The notes beneath the pieces were generated by a model that was given only the letters and a program-made list of their open reading frames with translations, was not told the DNA's origin and did not search any database. A program made the translations under genes and the position numbers. This document shows positions 59,621 to 64,000 of a DNA stretch of 64,000 bases, in pieces (positions within the stretch are counted from its first letter, which is position 1; each line of letters begins with the position of its first letter). The stretch spans positions 50,964,001 to 51,028,000 of the forward strand of contig NW_026262593.1 of the NCBI RefSeq assembly GCF_021869535.1, read 5' to 3'. This DNA comes from Mytilus californianus. Lineage: Eukaryota.

Positions 59621-61964
59621 TGCAGTGAGAAGCGGATTAATAACTTACACAGACCACTTTTACTTATACCAATTGCACATTTAACTATGTTTTATCTTAT
59701 CAGTGATTCTGTTATCAATTTTATTTGTTTACATGATTTAATCTAATTTGACATACTGATGTATCTTAATGATGATTATATATTTCAAATCATAATTTTC
59801 AGATATGTACTTGTAATTAATTGTAGTTTTTTAATTATTGTGTTGTATGTATTTTCATGTTGAATATTGCAATTTAACAGATTAAGTCTGGGTAGGTTTG
59901 GCAACATTTAGAATCCTTCAAAATGAGGTCAAAATTGAATAAATTAATTTGATTATTGATAAACTGACTAATTTTTTTTATGAATAATTGCGAAAAAAGC
60001 TCCTAACTTATCTTTTAAACCAGAAAAAAAGGTAACACTTTAAAATACAAGTAGATTACAAGGAGTTTAGAGACTTAGATAATGTGATCTACTTTTGCTG
60101 AATTTATGGTTGTACAATTTAGCATTTAAAGGACATTCATAACCAAAGTCAATTTAATTGTATAAGGTAATAGTTACATAGCCGAACTGCCGCTATTACT
60201 GATAAAGGTTCAGAATGTCTGTCTTACATTTTTGTATAAATGCACCCAATTTGAAGAAAAGAGAGATGGGCATTTATAATTAGGATACAGGTTATAATGA
60301 TTATGTATTATAATATCGTATCTATAGAATAACACTTGAAATGCAATATTAAAGATAGAGGGATATACTTTAGTTATTTTTACACTCTAATGTGCCATTA
60401 TCGGAATGATTGAAACATGACATCTTATATGGGACATCCACTAAGGTCAACTAATTTCCGATATATACGATATTATCGTCTACAGACGTTTCAATATTTC
60501 AATACAATGCTGAACAAACAAACTAAAATAAGAAAATTCATTACGAATTTGCATTTAATGTGTTTCTTAAGAAAATAAATGTCGTTCTGATGAGTAAAAT
60601 ACAGTGTATAAAAACTAAGAAGACATGGTATAATTGCCAATGAGAAAACTGTCCACTAGAGACCTAATATCGTAGAACTAATCAACTATAGGTCACCGTA
60701 CGACTTTTAACAATAAAACAAACTCATACCACAAAGCAAGCTATGATATATAGGTCACGACATCAAGCCTTGATAACTCAAAACATAGTGAAAATTCAAT
60801 CTGTAGCCTATAAATGATAGGAGTTTATCTGTGGTAAATTATTGATTAATTACCGACTTCTTACCGCCAAGTGACAAATATAACATGCATATTTAGGATG
60901 AAATGTTAATGCAATAGACAAATGTCCTCCTATGTTGATGCAGGACATATTTATATCACATAAACATGGTAATTGAATATACATAGAATATTTTTCATTA
61001 GACGGTAACATGTCATCATTCAAACAGGTTTCATACACCTTGGTGTAAATTATTAATTGACTTCAAGAAACTACCCTCAGTAGACTACAAAGCTACTGGT
61101 AACACAAGGTTAATCGTAAGGGGATTTTTCGTTATTGTCACCCCCTTTCCACATGCCTCACGACATTGGAAGACATTGTCATTGTCTCCGTTTGTTCAGC
61201 TAATCTTCCGTTCGACGTAGCAAGTTATTCCTCAGCATATGAGATCGTTTCTACGATATACTTGGTCGGTTTGTTTGTAATTATTTACACTTAAGCATAC
61301 TATACCTGCATTTATATTTCACAATTTCTTCATAAGAATGAAATTAAGGCAATTTTTAAACTATTGAAGTCTTTTGAAATCTTCTAAACGCTTCTACTTT
61401 ATGACGACTCCGTCACCAAAACACCTCCACACTTATAAGGATTGCTTTTTTATGATATGTACTTGTAGTTGACCATGTACATAGTACACCCTGTGAAAGC
61501 AAATTATCGCTAATTTCAGTTGATGATTCGGGTGAGAGTTATTATAAAGTTAACGATCTTTTACAATTGTTGCCAAACTGCACGGTAATGTCAGTCCAAG
61601 ACATTTAGAAAAACTTTTACCACCTTAAGGTTTCGTGTCATCACTCAGGGTAGTTTCACATACACTTATAGTATAATACTGTCATTCAATTACCTTAATT
61701 TTTTAGATGTTCATAGAACTTGCTACAGTTAGATCAATCATACAACAGCCAGTAATATTGTAAAGTATTGTGTAGGCAGCCCTTAGTCTTCTTTCGAAAA
61801 TATAACAATGTATTAAATATGGAGGATGACATTTTGGTATGTTGTAACAATATAGTGTTTTCTATTCTGGAGTATTACACAGTACGAAATATCATATGAA
61901 TGTCAACATCATCAACTAGTCAACTTACTCATATAGCAATGTAATAAAGATGAGCGTGATAAAG

Positions 61965-62240
61965 CACTATACACTACTGTAACAACAGCCCATGAAAAGG
62001 CTGTGAAATGTCTGTGAAATATCACAGGGCCGTGAAAACCCCGTGAAAATACCCTGTGACTTTTGTAAAAAAAATATTTCTAAAGGCCGTGAAAAATATT
62101 TGATGTTAGAAAAAGACCGTGAAATTTCAATATCCCGTGAAAAGGCCGTGATAATTTGTCCTTTCATGCTTAATAAAAAATATCACGGCCTTTTCAATGG
62201 TTGTTAAAACCAGTAAAAAGGCCGTGATATTTTTTCATGT
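61965..62240 (+). repeat. Cluster of about 10 (GG)CCGTGAAA-type subterminal repeats behind a CACTA motif; possible CACTA/EnSpm-like transposon end
   Basis: CACTA occurs at 61965 and 61972. GTGAAA/GTGATA motifs repeat in direct orientation with an inverted pair at about 62181-62235. No partner end is seen. Confidence 0.45.
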
Positions 62241-64000
62241 CAATTTTTTCTTATCCTTATTCAGATTTAAAACATCCCATGTGATTATTGTAATATGGTC
62301 TAATTATTTCCACTCACATTTTTCTAAATATCCTATAAACTTTTCATTATAAATATATATGTCTGTTTAAATATTATTATATGCAATACTACTGTACAGG
62401 ACTGACTTTTAAATGGAACCATTCATTGTTATAATTAATGACTTTGTGCCAATAAATATTTTGTATTTAAAGAAAAGTATTTTGCTTCTCGTCTGTACAT
62501 TATTATAAACAATGTAAACATTAATTTTAATATTGGAACCGAAACATGTGAAAACGAGAACTTCCCGGAATATCAGACGCCGAAGGTCGATTAATATTTA
62601 CTTTATAGATGCAAGACGAGTGACAGCAAGTTTGAGGTAAGTTAAGTTATTAATATTTTATTATTTTATGCATCATATCACCAAAATGTTGATGACGTTT
62701 GTGAGCATTTCTATTGAACTGATTTTCACTGAATTTGCAGAAACCGTGCAAACATGCATGTGATATATTCACTTATATTTGAGTCTGTTGCACCTGATTC
62801 CTTTAATCATTTCGGTTAATGTTTTCTAAGACTTACCGGATCCTTTAAATACGATTACGGTTTTGTTTTGTTTATGTATTTGGGGAAAAAAAGGGGGGGG
62901 GGTCCTTTTCCCCCACACTGGCCACGTAAAAAAATTTGACATTTATGTACAGTATACTACGTAGACATAGACATAGATAATTGGAAATGATTATAATAGC
63001 AATAAGTATCTCTGAAATGGAGTTCACTCTGATAATCAGAGGCGTAACCTTTGAATGTGTCGGGAGCTATTTGAGTATTTTCTGACTTGGCCGTCGGGAC
63101 ACAGAGTTCAAAAGGGATTAATCAGAGGCGTAGCAGGGAAAGTATTTAATATTTGTACGGCAAAATGTCCTTTCTAGAAGGGTTTGTGCCATATCATAAG
63201 AATAATTGGTATGGCAATGAGGTGTTTAAAAAATAATTGGTATGGCAAATGTGCCTGCAGTAAAAGTTGCTACGCCCCAGCTGGCCCCCTGTAAAAAAAA
63301 TTAGCTGTGACTCATTACGGCCACTAAGTCTAGACAAGTTTGGCTTTAGCCATACATATTATTACTTCAAAGAAACATTTAAATTTAATAGTCTGTCTTA
63401 AAAGTGTCTTTAGTCTTTAAAAAAATCAAAAAAAAATAATATAAGTTGACAATACAGAACTTCGTTAACTAATGATGCCATATTGGATAGGGGGCAAATT
63501 TTCTGGAAAATGGTATGAAAATATGGGAAACCCTATGCATGTTTCCAAGTGGCTGTTCTGTTTCAATAATGTTTTTTAGTATTTTTCATACCATTTTCAC
63601 CTCCAGTATGAAAATCTGCCCCCTATTCAATATGGGGTCATTAACCGTGAAGTCCTGTATTGCATGGAATAATATTGTAGCTGTTTTAAGTACATGTATG
63701 TACATAAATGCCAAAAATTAATTTGAATATATAAATAGTTTTTTTATATACATGTATAATATATGTAATTTTTCTTTATTTATTCTAGGAATGAAGAGCA
63801 AAAGGATATAGCAGTCTTTATATAAAATAGTTCAGAAATCCAGTTGGAAAGAAGAGCTTTTCAGTTAAAAGTATTTCCTGGGAATTAACAGGAACTTCTA
63901 TAAATGTTTTTCTGGAATAGTTATTCAAAAGGGCAGTGAAGTGAAGGATTACATTAGACAAATATTGCTGAGGTTGTAAAATCAAACCCAAGAGATATAC

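Noticed and set aside
63123-63279. Harbinger-like MITE (GGCGTAGC / GCTACGCC)
   Set aside because: Only an 8-bp inverted match with no clear TSD, which is insufficient support.
63788-64000. Possible exon after a TTCTAG acceptor near the window end
   Set aside because: All frames contain multiple stops and no domain is recognisable.

Overview
This is AT-rich, intron-containing animal DNA, not prokaryotic. The repeat families I recognise point to a Mytilus-type mussel, which is an inference. Most entries in the supplied ORF track are noise or broken transposon frames. Two spliced host genes can be reconstructed. (1) A six-exon secreted, divergent C-type-lectin-domain gene (+, 6646-22744) lies behind a duplicated kappaB+TATA module. 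(2) A three-exon gene (+, 56283-59620, one 1-nt frameshift) encodes TPR repeats, a Gly-rich linker and a C-terminal domain resembling bacterial polymorphic-toxin RNases (Ntox21/CdiA-CT-like SxDxxxH motif). The rest is dense with mobile DNA. The main element is a near full-length Naiad-type Penelope-like retroelement (-, 24349-28561) with five in-frame TGA codons at cysteine-type positions and a well-formed SECIS 40 nt after its stop, so it appears to be a selenoprotein-encoding retrotransposon. Also present are hammerhead-ribozyme tandem repeats (535-bp and about 376-bp units), a canonical C-terminal GIY-YIG Penelope-like fragment, and a Crypton-type tyrosine-recombinase element with a long terminal hairpin. 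Next to the Crypton is an Ngaro/DIRS retroelement with an SGNH domain. Smaller items include several hairpin-plus-inverted-repeat non-autonomous elements, LINE fragments, a Polinton-like remnant, MITEs and a SINE. Family assignments come from motif recognition only; no database search was run.
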